64,000 nucleotides of DNA, taken from sequence record OQ828465.1; one strand, given 5' to 3'. The position numbers were made by a program, and so were the translations under genes. The first letter of the stretch is position 1; each line of letters begins with the position of its first letter. The notes under the pieces were generated by a model, which saw nothing but the letters and a program-made list of their open reading frames with translations, searched no databases and was not told the origin of the DNA. Of the stretch, positions 1-9,564 are shown in pieces.

Positions 1-746
1 ACTCCAATGAAGAACTGATCAAAGTATTTAAATTACGTTTTGAAGAAGTATTTGATCAGACTCGTCCACCTAGTATTAAAAGAATTCGGGTTAACTATCA
101 AAATAATGAACTATATAGCTTTAGTGAAGTTATTTCTGTTCGTAACTACAATCCAAATATGATGGAAATGTATCCATTCCTAGATCGATCTCCAGCTGAA
201 ATCTGGACTGAATTCGCTGCATCTGAATCTAATGTTCTACTATTGATTGGTCCTCCTGGTACTGGTAAGTCTAATTATATCAATGAGATTATTCGGGCTC
301 GTGGTTATAATGATCGTAATGTGTATCTAGCTGATCAAGATGATGTACTTGGCCACGCCGGTTTGACTAATTTTATTCGTGGTGTTGAGGATAATTCACT
401 CATTATTACAGAAGACTCTGATAAAATGGTGGCTAAACGTGTAGATGGTAATAGTAATATGTCAGGGCTATTAAATGCTACAGCTGGTCTAGTATCTACT
501 AAGACCAAGATTATCATTTCTACTAATCTTCCGACTCTTCGTGATGTTGATGAAGCTTTAGTTCGACCTGGCCGTGCTTTCGATATTCTTACCTTCAAAA
601 CACTTACTGCTGAACAAGCGAATGCAGCTCGTTTAGCTAATGGTCTAGATCCAGTTGAGTTTGTCGGTAATAATCTTACTTTAGCTGAAGCATTGAATAC
701 TAGTTCTTGCAGTAGCCCACGCAAAGCAAGTCGTGTAGGTTTCTAA
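1..746 (+). CDS. AAA+ ATPase, 5' partial (frame is open back to the window start)
   Basis: Walker A GPPGTGKS, Walker B IIITEDSD, sensor-1 STN, SRH DEALVRPGRAFD; no stop upstream of 159 in this frame. Confidence 0.9.
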   Translation, partial: SNEELIKVFKLRFEEVFDQTRPPSIKRIRVNYQNNELYSFSEVISVRNYNPNMMEMYPFLDRSPAEIWTEFAASESNVLLLIGPPGTGKSNYINEIIRARGYNDRNVYLADQDDVLGHAGLTNFIRGVEDNSLIITEDSDKMVAKRVDGNSNMSGLLNATAGLVSTKTKIIISTNLPTLRDVDEALVRPGRAFDILTFKTLTAEQANAARLANGLDPVEFVGNNLTLAEALNTSSCSSPRKASRVGF

Positions 747-853
747 GGAAAAGTAAGCTGCTTTTAAACTAGCGAAGAAACATGAATTCCAACGTGTTAT
801 TTATAATCCTGATGACCTTAAAGTAAAGCATTATTTCACATACGGAGATCAGC

Positions 854-1456
854 ATGCAGCGCAATAATGACCCGCAGCAAGTAATCATGTCGATTGAGAT
901 GTACAATAGCCTACTGGCTATGGCTAATGATTCACCTCATTACACGACAAAACTTATCCAACGTCACGTGCGAAAGATGAATCCTTTTTTACAACCTGCA
1001 CATCTAAAGAATGTCAGAACTAAGGAAGCTATTCGGTCCCAACGTATTCGTGAAGCTCGGGCTTTCTTCGAAGCCAATCATAGAAAAATTCTGTACGCAA
1101 AGGTTGATATGGGTAACTGTAAAAAAGGAGATGATCCGGTTTACTTCCCATGCATATCTGAACGTATTGCCAAGAATAGACAACTAATCCAAGTTCGTCA
1201 TGCCAATGAAGTTGGTTATGGACGGTGCATCCGGTTGGTAGAGGCTAAATATCTCACAACCATTATTCCTGATGGATATATCCAAGGAACTGGGCCGTAT
1301 AAAAAATATCTTGTTAAAGAGAATGGTCCTTACGATATCCGTGAACAAGAAGAAAAACGTAAACAAGCTTTTTCGAGTGAGATAGCTAAGAAGTTTGAGT
1401 TCAAACATGATTCTTACGATATGGATAATCTCAAAAAGAATTATTATACACAATGA
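854..1456 (+). CDS. hypothetical protein, paralog of 25821..26204
   Basis: 200 aa ORF, GGAG RBS; N-terminal 80 aa align by eye with 25821 ORF. Confidence 0.8.
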   Translation: MQRNNDPQQVIMSIEMYNSLLAMANDSPHYTTKLIQRHVRKMNPFLQPAHLKNVRTKEAIRSQRIREARAFFEANHRKILYAKVDMGNCKKGDDPVYFPCISERIAKNRQLIQVRHANEVGYGRCIRLVEAKYLTTIIPDGYIQGTGPYKKYLVKENGPYDIREQEEKRKQAFSSEIAKKFEFKHDSYDMDNLKKNYYTQ

Positions 1457-1583
1457 GATTAGTATAAATGGACATTAGTTTATCTCCAGTATGAGTATTC
1501 CAACTTCTTAAATATTACTAAAGAGCAGACTATGAATATATCAGTGTTTGCTCTTTGGAGGTAATTACTCTGGAGCATCTAAT

Positions 1584-1916
1584 ATGTGTGCAATTCCTGT
1601 AATACCTGTATCAAATGACATCACTGTTATTAAGCCAGGTGATACAGTTTGGTCAACAGGTGTTCTCGGTATGAAAGCATCCTGTGAGCATCCACCAGCG
1701 CTATTCTGTATACGGGGTGATGAACTTGAAGTTCTAGAAATTAGCCCTCCCACGGAATATGAGAAAAAAGCAATGTATAAGTGCCGCTTAAAAAGAGGCA
1801 CTGGTCATTTCTGGATCTATCGTAGTGGGTTTACTAAAATAAAGCCATTTAATCACAATATGACTGGTTATGAGTTTTGGGATGGTGAGAAAATTAGAGA
1901 ATATGGTGGGCATTAG
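1584..1916 (+). CDS. small SH3-like beta-barrel protein (paralog family)
   Basis: ATG 1584 after GGAG; motif KPGDTV...LFCIRGDELEV shared with 34445, 34756, 36831. Confidence 0.65.
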   Translation: MCAIPVIPVSNDITVIKPGDTVWSTGVLGMKASCEHPPALFCIRGDELEVLEISPPTEYEKKAMYKCRLKRGTGHFWIYRSGFTKIKPFNHNMTGYEFWDGEKIREYGGH

Positions 1917-1927
1917 AGTAAAAGAAA

Positions 1928-2053
1928 ATGGCTAGCGAAAATAATAAATCAGACATGCAACATGAACAAGAAGAACCACCCATATTCAAAATGCTTTTTC
2001 TAAGTGCAGTTATAGGTGGATCATTATGGGAAATAATTAGACAGTGGTTTTAG
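1928..2053 (+). CDS. 41 aa membrane microprotein
   Basis: read by hand: MASENNKSDMQHEQEEPPIFKMLFLSAVIGGSLWEIIRQWF; followed by hairpin. Confidence 0.55.
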   Translation: MASENNKSDMQHEQEEPPIFKMLFLSAVIGGSLWEIIRQWF

Positions 2054-2178
2054 CCACTGTCTTTATAATGTATTTTGAGTTATAAAAATGTCCATAGAAA
2101 AAGCCTATTCCAATTTAATAGCTTCAATTAAAACAGTTAGAAAACATTTTCCTAAATTAATTCAAGAGAAGAATTTAG

Positions 2179-2436
2179 ATGAGGAATTACGACGGGAGTT
2201 TACGACTCCTATTCAATTCGACCCGACTAAGAAATCGGGAAACTCCTTTTGATAACGAACAGTCAGAAATGGATAAGTTAAAACCAATCGATGACTTTTG
2301 GAAAACTAAAACAATTAAACCATCAGATGCTTATTTAGAAAGAAAGAATGAGCAACTAAAGATGATTAATCCGCATAAAGTTTATAATCCATTCAATGAA
2401 AAAGATACGGTATTAAAACCTATTTCTAAATTATAA
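2179..2436 (+). CDS. hypothetical protein (start may be ATG 2269)
   Basis: ORF in operon orientation. Confidence 0.5.
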   Translation: MRNYDGSLRLLFNSTRLRNRETPFDNEQSEMDKLKPIDDFWKTKTIKPSDAYLERKNEQLKMINPHKVYNPFNEKDTVLKPISKL

Positions 2437-2448
2437 AAAGGATTTACT

Positions 2449-2868
2449 ATGAAACAAGATCATCAATTCTGGCATGATAAACCATTTTCAGAAAATGAAG
2501 TTAGGAAGAAACTTGGCGGATCGCCATTATCCAAACTAAGTACAGAACAGATTTTAGAAGAGTGGCGAACAGAACATATTGAACGTAATACTCCTTTAAG
2601 TAAAAGGCTATATGACATTCGTAATAAAGCCATCAATGATTACTCACTTACTGATAATCAACAAGTTAATAATTTGTTGCAATGTGCAGTGGATCAAGTC
2701 TTAGCAGATGTGATCATTATGTTAGATGGTTCAGTGCCACATAAGCAATTTCAAATTTCTGAATATGAAATTGAAATGGACAGTAAGGAATTATCGATTA
2801 AAGAACATACTCGTCCAATAACTGAAGATCTACTAAAAAATTATTTTGAATTGGTGAATGGCAAATGA
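2449..2868 (+). CDS. hypothetical protein
   Basis: 139 aa ORF, AAGGA RBS. Confidence 0.8.
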   Translation: MKQDHQFWHDKPFSENEVRKKLGGSPLSKLSTEQILEEWRTEHIERNTPLSKRLYDIRNKAINDYSLTDNQQVNNLLQCAVDQVLADVIIMLDGSVPHKQFQISEYEIEMDSKELSIKEHTRPITEDLLKNYFELVNGK

Positions 2869-3209
2869 CTGAACGTATTCATTACTCAGATCGTAAGTTA
2901 CCGCTGTGTTTTAAAGGTGTTTATGACATTCCAGTTGTAACCATCGAAAACTATTGTAAGTGGTATGGTCTTAATATTGTCTATCCAGATGGGCGTGTTG
3001 AATGGGTTGACACTGATTTACTTGCTGAAATAGAACGGGAAAGCAAGTTCGCAGTAATGGGTGATCACAACTATCATCCAATTCTGCTGGACAAAGTAGC
3101 TGAGAAGATTGGCGGGGCGGCATGTGATGTTGCACGTGAGTTGATGACTGGCCGTTGGGTACTAGAGGTTATGGACGGTGAAATCCCTGGTCAAGAAAAA
3201 TTCTGTTAA
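2865..3209 (+). CDS. hypothetical protein
   Basis: 114 aa ORF, ATGA overlap with upstream stop. Confidence 0.8.
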   Translation: MTERIHYSDRKLPLCFKGVYDIPVVTIENYCKWYGLNIVYPDGRVEWVDTDLLAEIERESKFAVMGDHNYHPILLDKVAEKIGGAACDVARELMTGRWVLEVMDGEIPGQEKFC

Positions 3210-3762
3210 ATGGATGATTAAAATGGGTATTGATGTTTTCCCTGTAGTTACCAAACGTTCCACACGTTCTTCAGATGGTGCACGTGTACTTAAATTCATT
3301 GACATGCATACATGCGAGGCTCTTAACTTTAGCCGTTGCTATTATCTTTGGGATTGGTTAACCGATAATAATGAGTATACCAACCGATTCTGTCGACCGA
3401 CTCTTAAAGGCTGTGGATTTGGTACACTCGTCAGTGATGACTCGCATCCAGTATGGAACAACTTTGAAGGTCGCCTTTCACAAATTGTCAATTCCAAACA
3501 GGACAATCTAACACCGTACGCCTATTATAGTGAAGATGGTTGGTACCCACTTACAATGATCTTCAATATGGAAGACCTCTGGAACTTCGATTATGATCAG
3601 AAGCCAACGATGTTCGATCAAGATGTTAATGGTGAAGTCATTTCGGAAAAAACCTATCGCCAGCTATTTTTGAGCAATGGTGTGGATGATGGTTATTTCA
3701 AGTTCCTGGAAGAAACTAAAAAGATGGAGTGTGTTCACTTCATCGCCCGATTCTGGGGATGA
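3178..3762 (+). CDS. hypothetical protein (start probably a later ATG near 3214-3223)
   Basis: 194 aa ORF in operon. Confidence 0.75.
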   Translation: MKSLVKKNSVKWMIKMGIDVFPVVTKRSTRSSDGARVLKFIDMHTCEALNFSRCYYLWDWLTDNNEYTNRFCRPTLKGCGFGTLVSDDSHPVWNNFEGRLSQIVNSKQDNLTPYAYYSEDGWYPLTMIFNMEDLWNFDYDQKPTMFDQDVNGEVISEKTYRQLFLSNGVDDGYFKFLEETKKMECVHFIARFWG

Positions 3763-3785
3763 TTACTTAACAGGAAAAGTTAAAA

Positions 3786-4355
3786 ATGGCTATTCTATCT
3801 GATAAAACAATCACTGACTTATCTAAAGGTCGTGAACCAATGATTACGGATTTCATTGGTCACCAGGTCCGTGAAAAAGATGGTAAAAAGATTATTAGTT
3901 ATGGGCTTAGTTCATATGGGTACGATGTAAGGCTAGCCCGTAATTTTAAGATCTTTTCTAATGTAACAAGTGCAGTTATTGACCCATTAGACCCTAGTGA
4001 TGGATTCTTAGTAGATTGGACTGGTGATTATTGTATTATTCCACCTAACAGTTATATTCTTGGTCATACTGTAGAATCGTTTAATATTCCAGATGATGTC
4101 CTAGCTATTTGCACAGGTAAATCAACCTATGCACGACTAGGTGCAATTGTTAATGTCACTCCTATTGAACCAGGTTTCAAAGGACAAGTCGTTATTGAGA
4201 TTGCAAACTGCACTACACTACCTCTAAAAATTTATGCTGATATGGGTATTGCTCAGTTTATGTTCTTTAGAGGTGATGCCCCATGTGAAGTTAGTTATGC
4301 AAAACGTAATGGTAAATATCAAAATCAAATTGGTATCACAACAGCGAGACTTTAA
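3786..4355 (+). CDS. dcd: dCTP deaminase
   Basis: SYGYDVRL, GKSTYARLG, PIEPGFKG, IAQFMFF, Y..RNGKYQNQ motifs. Confidence 0.96.
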   Translation: MAILSDKTITDLSKGREPMITDFIGHQVREKDGKKIISYGLSSYGYDVRLARNFKIFSNVTSAVIDPLDPSDGFLVDWTGDYCIIPPNSYILGHTVESFNIPDDVLAICTGKSTYARLGAIVNVTPIEPGFKGQVVIEIANCTTLPLKIYADMGIAQFMFFRGDAPCEVSYAKRNGKYQNQIGITTARL

Positions 4356-4357
4356 TA

Positions 4358-4594
4358 ATGCTTAGTCCTAACCAAGAAAAGTTTGTCAGTCGGCTAACTG
4401 AAATTACAAAGGCATCTGATTCAGAACTTTGTGCAGTTAATGATACAATCTCATTTGATATTTCAACTGATAACATGCATGCTGAATTCTTTAATTTGGT
4501 TGCTGAACTGCATTTTAAGATTGTTCATATGTTTCCAATTAACCAATATAACACTCGTTATCGGGTTGTTATTCATGAACCATTCTATCTATGA
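4358..4594 (+). CDS. hypothetical protein
   Basis: 78 aa ORF directly after dcd. Confidence 0.7.
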   Translation: MLSPNQEKFVSRLTEITKASDSELCAVNDTISFDISTDNMHAEFFNLVAELHFKIVHMFPINQYNTRYRVVIHEPFYL

Positions 4595-4621
4595 TTGACC
4601 AACATAGTGGTTTATACATTC

Positions 4622-4655
4622 AAAGCATTTTAAACAGTATATCACAAATGTGATA
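4622..4655 (+). promoter_or_regulatory. phiKZ-type early promoter
   Basis: aaagcattttaaacagTATATCACaaatgtgata; 33/34 identical to 30232..30265. Confidence 0.75.
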
Positions 4656-4684
4656 TAATCAACATATATAGGAGATTCTAATAC

Positions 4685-5161
4685 ATGTCACGCAATACTA
4701 TTTCTTCCTGGAGTGAACTTGGTTCAATGCTGGGTGTACAGCCGAAGCCGGTTCAGAAGAAACAGAAAAATCGAGCTAAAAAGAATCATGAAGCTGCGGT
4801 TCGTAAAAATTCTAGGGAAACCTTTATGGACATTGCTGCAAAACAAACTAAATCAAGTCCTAACTTCCGTAAGAACAAACAAAAAGATGTTCGTCATTGC
4901 AGTGTATGTGATAATATTAAACTAAAAGAAAATGGTATCGAAGAAGGGCGGGCCAAACCAATTGGTATGACCGAATTAGCTAAGTTCAAAGTTGAGCTAG
5001 CAAAAAATGGTCTTGAGCTATTCGGTTGTGAAGTACGTAAGCAAGAATCTTTTGCAGATGCATTTTATGGTAATAATACCATTTGTGAAGAAACTGCAAA
5101 GCTGATTAAAGCATACCAGGAAGAGTTTGATTCAGTCTTCCGCCGCGCTATTACTGCCTAA
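4685..5161 (+). CDS. basic hypothetical early protein with CxxC
   Basis: 158 aa, Lys/Arg-rich N-half, CSVC, AGGAG RBS, own early promoter. Confidence 0.85.
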   Translation: MSRNTISSWSELGSMLGVQPKPVQKKQKNRAKKNHEAAVRKNSRETFMDIAAKQTKSSPNFRKNKQKDVRHCSVCDNIKLKENGIEEGRAKPIGMTELAKFKVELAKNGLELFGCEVRKQESFADAFYGNNTICEETAKLIKAYQEEFDSVFRRAITA

Positions 5162-5167
5162 CGATAT

Positions 5168-5186
5168 AGGGGACCTTCTGGTCCCC
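5168..5186 (+). terminator. intrinsic terminator
   Basis: ggggacc-ttct-ggtcccc then T-rich run. Confidence 0.7.
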
Positions 5187-5218
5187 TTAGTCATTATTAT
5201 TTTTTTTGGATTTTAGCT

Positions 5219-5410
5219 ATGGATGATATTGAAAAGAAAATAGCCAAAATGGAAGCTCTATTTAGGTACCATGGTATTACCGTTGATATTAACCATAAGT
5301 TGAAACCTAATGCTAAGACAAAATTAACTCGTGCGGAAATTAACCGATTACAAATACAATATGATAAGCTTTTAGCTGAACGCGAAGAAGCTTTAAAAGC
5401 AATTCCTTAA
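5219..5410 (+). CDS. hypothetical coiled-coil protein
   Basis: 63 aa ORF. Confidence 0.65.
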   Translation: MDDIEKKIAKMEALFRYHGITVDINHKLKPNAKTKLTRAEINRLQIQYDKLLAEREEALKAIP

Positions 5411-5429
5411 ATTATTGAGGATTTATAAA

Positions 5430-5645
5430 ATGTTCAAGCGCGTTATGAGATATATTCGTGTTTTGAAATTAATTGTTATTTTCTATGTTAGGCGACAACT
5501 GGGTTTACACGATTATTGTACACGAAAAAATACAATTGCATTAGATCGTGAAAATAATAAACGTGTTCAAATAAATGCTATTTCTCGTAAAGTCGAAGAA
5601 GCATTATTTAAAGTTGAACTAGCTGCGATAATGAGTAAGCGGTAA
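5430..5645 (+). CDS. hypothetical protein
   Basis: ATG 5430 after GAGG. Confidence 0.7.
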   Translation: MFKRVMRYIRVLKLIVIFYVRRQLGLHDYCTRKNTIALDRENNKRVQINAISRKVEEALFKVELAAIMSKR

Positions 5646-5657
5646 TGTTGTCATAAA

Positions 5658-5715
5658 GCCCTCCCTTCGGGGAGGGCTATTGCACTAAATTTTATTTGAG
5701 ATCTACATTATAGAT
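5658..5715 (+). repeat. terminator + early promoter cassette (copy of 20779..20835)
   Basis: 45 bp gccctcccttcggggagggctattgcactaaattttatttgagat identical at 5658 and 20779. Confidence 0.85.
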
Positions 5716-5755
5716 TAGCATATACTAATGGAAACATCTACATGAGGTAATTATC

Positions 5756-6055
5756 GTGAACGAAGCTATTATTTCACTGGACCGCAGAGGAGCCCATCAT
5801 TTAGGATCTCGCGGTTATCCAATTAGATCAATTGGAGATGTTACAGTATTTGATTTGAATCATAATCAACTATATCCCAAAATCCATTCTCTTAAAGATC
5901 AAAATCATGATGGATGGCACTCCATTAGTGTTGATGATGAAAATGGAGTAACAGCATATACGTTTGTTTTGAATATGGATCTTAATCTAGGATGGCTAAG
6001 ACCTAAGCAGCCTAATGTTGGTGGTGGATATATCAAAATCAAATTTGAACAATAA
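5756..6055 (+). CDS. hypothetical protein
   Basis: GTG start after GAGG, 99 aa. Confidence 0.75.
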   Translation: MNEAIISLDRRGAHHLGSRGYPIRSIGDVTVFDLNHNQLYPKIHSLKDQNHDGWHSISVDDENGVTAYTFVLNMDLNLGWLRPKQPNVGGGYIKIKFEQ

Positions 6056-6104
6056 GCGGTGTGTACACCGCTTTTATTCCGTGTTTATACTCAAAAGGTA
6101 ATTT

Positions 6105-7238
6105 ATGATTATGTTTAAGTACTTAAAAAATGTTATTGATATTTTTAACAAACCAAAAAAGGTAGATACATTAGAACAAAAGATAGCTAATCTAAATGAT
6201 AAATACATCAGAGAAAATGTAGATGTTGATCAAATTGATATTCTGTCAGGTTATTTCACAGGAATGCTATCTGGGAAATTACATGATCGAAGTTTAGTAT
6301 GGGGTTATTATACCAAAGAAACTAAGACATGGATGATTTATTTTGTTGAACAAAATTTTGATTCATTCATGTATAAAGTAACTAATAATTCATTAGATAT
6401 TATTAATCTAACTGATATAGAAGATCTTAAATTATTCTATTTCTCTAATGAACAATACATACCTGTAAATACACCAATCAATAGTGATCTAAATGTGGCT
6501 GTAATTTTCACATCAAAACCACTCACTAAGGATTTCATTGATCCATCTTTAATAGATCAAGTTAAATCAGTTAATAGTAATTACAAGATTGTGATGGATG
6601 GGTTATCTGATAATTCCAAATTTGATAGTAACCCAATAACTCTAATTGTAGAGTCTTATGAAGCAGATGGTGATATCGTCGTAGTTGAACTAACTAATGG
6701 TACAACTGTGGCCATCAATAGAAAACTACTTAATATGTTTATGTATCAGTCAAGAATAGTTGATACATGTAATAACTCAAAAGTGCTTATAGATTTCAAT
6801 GGACGGCTAAAGTTCACACCTATGGAGAATCATTTAGGTGGTATAAATAGTGCAATGCATTATTGGTCAAGTAATGGAATTATCAAAATTAGGTGTGACT
6901 ATAGTATCATATTAGATCTAGATAAGTTTCCAGAGATTGTTAATCATATTGGAAACTGGATACATATTGAAGCTAAAACAATTGCAAAAGTAATTGACTC
7001 GGTTGTGGTACCATACTTAACAAATGGGGAGCTTAGTACGCTCATTGTTGATTTAGATAATGTCGATATTCAGTATCGTGGTTTAACATTATCTGGTAAT
7101 ATCAGCTTGCGTGATCGTTTAGATAAATGCAAAATCAAACTGATAAATCCATCAACTGATCCATATGAGATACCTAGTCTAAATGGTAAACGTGATGTCC
7201 ATGGTTTTTATAGAGTAGATGGAAGTTTATTAAAATGA
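6105..7238 (+). CDS. hypothetical protein
   Basis: 377 aa ORF, AAAGG RBS. Confidence 0.85.
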   Translation: MIMFKYLKNVIDIFNKPKKVDTLEQKIANLNDKYIRENVDVDQIDILSGYFTGMLSGKLHDRSLVWGYYTKETKTWMIYFVEQNFDSFMYKVTNNSLDIINLTDIEDLKLFYFSNEQYIPVNTPINSDLNVAVIFTSKPLTKDFIDPSLIDQVKSVNSNYKIVMDGLSDNSKFDSNPITLIVESYEADGDIVVVELTNGTTVAINRKLLNMFMYQSRIVDTCNNSKVLIDFNGRLKFTPMENHLGGINSAMHYWSSNGIIKIRCDYSIILDLDKFPEIVNHIGNWIHIEAKTIAKVIDSVVVPYLTNGELSTLIVDLDNVDIQYRGLTLSGNISLRDRLDKCKIKLINPSTDPYEIPSLNGKRDVHGFYRVDGSLLK

Positions 7239-7705
7239 TTAAATTAGTGATTAGTCTTTTTTATAAAATAGTTAATGAAAAGATGTCACCCACATATAAG
7301 AAATTAGTTACATTAGATAGAAATGGATACATTTTCAATAATAAACAAGATCTGTATTCGATTAATCTTTCACTCTATCTTGAACTTATTCATTCAGTGA
7401 CGAATGACTATATTGTTCAAGAAATTATAATGTGTCTAAGTTCTAAGCCACAAGCAGTGAAAGAACTATTCCTTGAAGACCTAAGTACTAATAATCAACT
7501 ACATTATTCATTGTTAGCTTGTAAAATAATGAATGAGAGGAAAATCATTAATAAGAATATTAATAAAGCGTGTGCTAAAAATATGGCTACTTTTTTAAAG
7601 GGCTATTTCCCAAGAGACTACTTCACTTGGTATAGTTGTCTCTATTTAGCGCTATCGGCTAAAAGTAAAGCTGAGAATAACAAAGTATCTGTTATTAATG
7701 AGTAA
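7235..7705 (+). CDS. hypothetical protein
   Basis: 156 aa, ATGA overlap. Confidence 0.75.
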   Translation: MIKLVISLFYKIVNEKMSPTYKKLVTLDRNGYIFNNKQDLYSINLSLYLELIHSVTNDYIVQEIIMCLSSKPQAVKELFLEDLSTNNQLHYSLLACKIMNERKIINKNINKACAKNMATFLKGYFPRDYFTWYSCLYLALSAKSKAENNKVSVINE

Positions 7706-7807
7706 ATACAATACTATGTAGTAGTATTTCTATTACGTACCTTTCGAGGCATATACTCCATGACTTATGTTGTGGGGTATATGTGTTATAATGTTTAAGA
7801 GGTTAAA

Positions 7808-8155
7808 ATGCAAAAGCAACTAAATTCTGATGATCTAGATGTTCTTGACTCCTTTAATGCAGCATGGGAAATTGTTAAGGAAGAACATACTGATCTATTC
7901 TCACGTATAGCGATGATGGCTATTAATAAGTTAACTGATGATGATATCTCAGTCAATGATACTAAAGTAAGTATTCAACAAGTAGTTAATTTCCATGAGC
8001 GAATTCGAGATATCATTCCTAGCTCTGAGATTGTTAATCTTACGATTGTTAAAACTATCTTAGGTGAAATGAATGGTTGGTTAGAATTTGATGAACTTAA
8101 TGAAGAACTATTTACAGCTTTAGGCAAAGCTTATAGCACTGTTAACTTTAATTGA
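7808..8155 (+). CDS. hypothetical acidic helical protein, probably late
   Basis: 115 aa, GAGG RBS, TATGTAG motif at 7715 upstream. Confidence 0.8.
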   Translation: MQKQLNSDDLDVLDSFNAAWEIVKEEHTDLFSRIAMMAINKLTDDDISVNDTKVSIQQVVNFHERIRDIIPSSEIVNLTIVKTILGEMNGWLEFDELNEELFTALGKAYSTVNFN

Positions 8156-8223
8156 TCATTAATATGAAAATTAAAACAATATAAGTGAGGCATGTGCCTC
8201 ACTACATAGTAGAGGACTAACAC

Positions 8224-8556
8224 ATGCAGATTCAATTAGATCCATTAATGGTTTACCATGGTAGCACTAGATCTTTATTTAATGAAGATTCTAGTTTAAA
8301 TGTTGTTGATGTAAGGGGCATTCAATTAAATGCTGAAGGGATAGCTGATAACAAAAATTACTATTTTGATTATGGACGTAAGAAAGATGATGATGGTGAA
8401 ATACTCACTATTTACGTACATGATCGAAATGTAGCTAAAGATTTTATTGTACTGTACGTTGAATTCCATTTAGGCACACATAAATTTCATACGTATGTAC
8501 ATCCACAATATCGGCATAAATTTCCAGTATTAGTACTGGAGTTATTATTCGTTTAA
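8224..8556 (+). CDS. hypothetical protein
   Basis: 110 aa, GAGGA RBS; terminator hairpin at 8561-8584. Confidence 0.75.
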   Translation: MQIQLDPLMVYHGSTRSLFNEDSSLNVVDVRGIQLNAEGIADNKNYYFDYGRKKDDDGEILTIYVHDRNVAKDFIVLYVEFHLGTHKFHTYVHPQYRHKFPVLVLELLFV

Positions 8557-8744
8557 TATTAAGGGACTCTTAATGAGAGTCCCTATTTATTTTGCGTAAG
8601 TGTATATATGAAAAAGAAAGCATTTATTGAAACTAGTCTAAAATATTCAAACACCAAATATAACAAAGCGATCATCTGTAATGAAATAAAATTCAAACGG
8701 TACTAAACATACTAACCCTATGAATTAAAACGCACGGTGGTTGT

Positions 8745-9143
8745 ATGAAAATCTATGGTTCTTCTTTTCATGAGGTCACACTAGAATATGGAAAACCCTT
8801 TATACGCAATGGGGTTTTAAAACATTTACCTGATCTAGGTACACCAGACTTAGGATGGACTGATTTTAATATCCTTGAAATTATTCCAGGACCAGGTTAT
8901 ATCGATAAGAATACTCTAAACTTTTATAAAGAAAGAGATTGCTTATTTCCAGCAATCGTCAGGTTTACTGTATTTGAAGAAGAGCGTAATCGTATTATAT
9001 CAACAATTAATGTTGATCTGGCGAAAAAGGAATTAGAGTGGAATAAGACTGATCGTTTTTGGGAAATCGAAAACTTTGCAATTAGATTCCAATTAACTCA
9101 AAATCCTTATTCAGTTTTATGGGCATCCAATGGATCACTATAG
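8745..9143 (+). CDS. hypothetical protein
   Basis: 132 aa ORF. Confidence 0.75.
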   Translation: MKIYGSSFHEVTLEYGKPFIRNGVLKHLPDLGTPDLGWTDFNILEIIPGPGYIDKNTLNFYKERDCLFPAIVRFTVFEEERNRIISTINVDLAKKELEWNKTDRFWEIENFAIRFQLTQNPYSVLWASNGSL

Positions 9144-9564
9144 GTGTCATATGCTTACAATGGTTCCGTTATACCCTGGTGTGAGAGGATATCTTGAAGA
9201 CTCGGTATTTTCAAAGAATGGGATTAATGATATTGGTTATCATAAATGGCTATCCCCTAAACGAGTGGTAGGTCCAGATGGGCTAATCATTAGTGAGGTA
9301 AAGATAACTCCACGTATAGCCAGAATGGAAGGCGAAGTAATTCTTAAAGTATGGGATAAATGGCGAAGAGCCCAGCCTAAGCTAGTTGCTACTGTGTATA
9401 TTGATCCTAAAGATAATTCATACAGGGTAGAAGTAGAGCCTTTTTATGCATGTCGTCGGATATTACTTGAAGTGGATTTATGGGCTCAAGTAATACCTGG
9501 TGACCGTGCACCATTTGTAAATGACTCTGTAGATGGTACATGGGCATCAAGAGATATTATTTAA
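9130..9564 (+). CDS. hypothetical protein
   Basis: 144 aa ORF overlapping upstream stop. Confidence 0.75.
   Translation: MDHYRCHMLTMVPLYPGVRGYLEDSVFSKNGINDIGYHKWLSPKRVVGPDGLIISEVKITPRIARMEGEVILKVWDKWRRAQPKLVATVYIDPKDNSYRVEVEPFYACRRILLEVDLWAQVIPGDRAPFVNDSVDGTWASRDII

Noticed and set aside
8224-8556. Third ART-like gene because of VYHGS
   Set aside because: No matching downstream Tyr/Ser-Thr or Glu-Trp elements; one short motif is not enough
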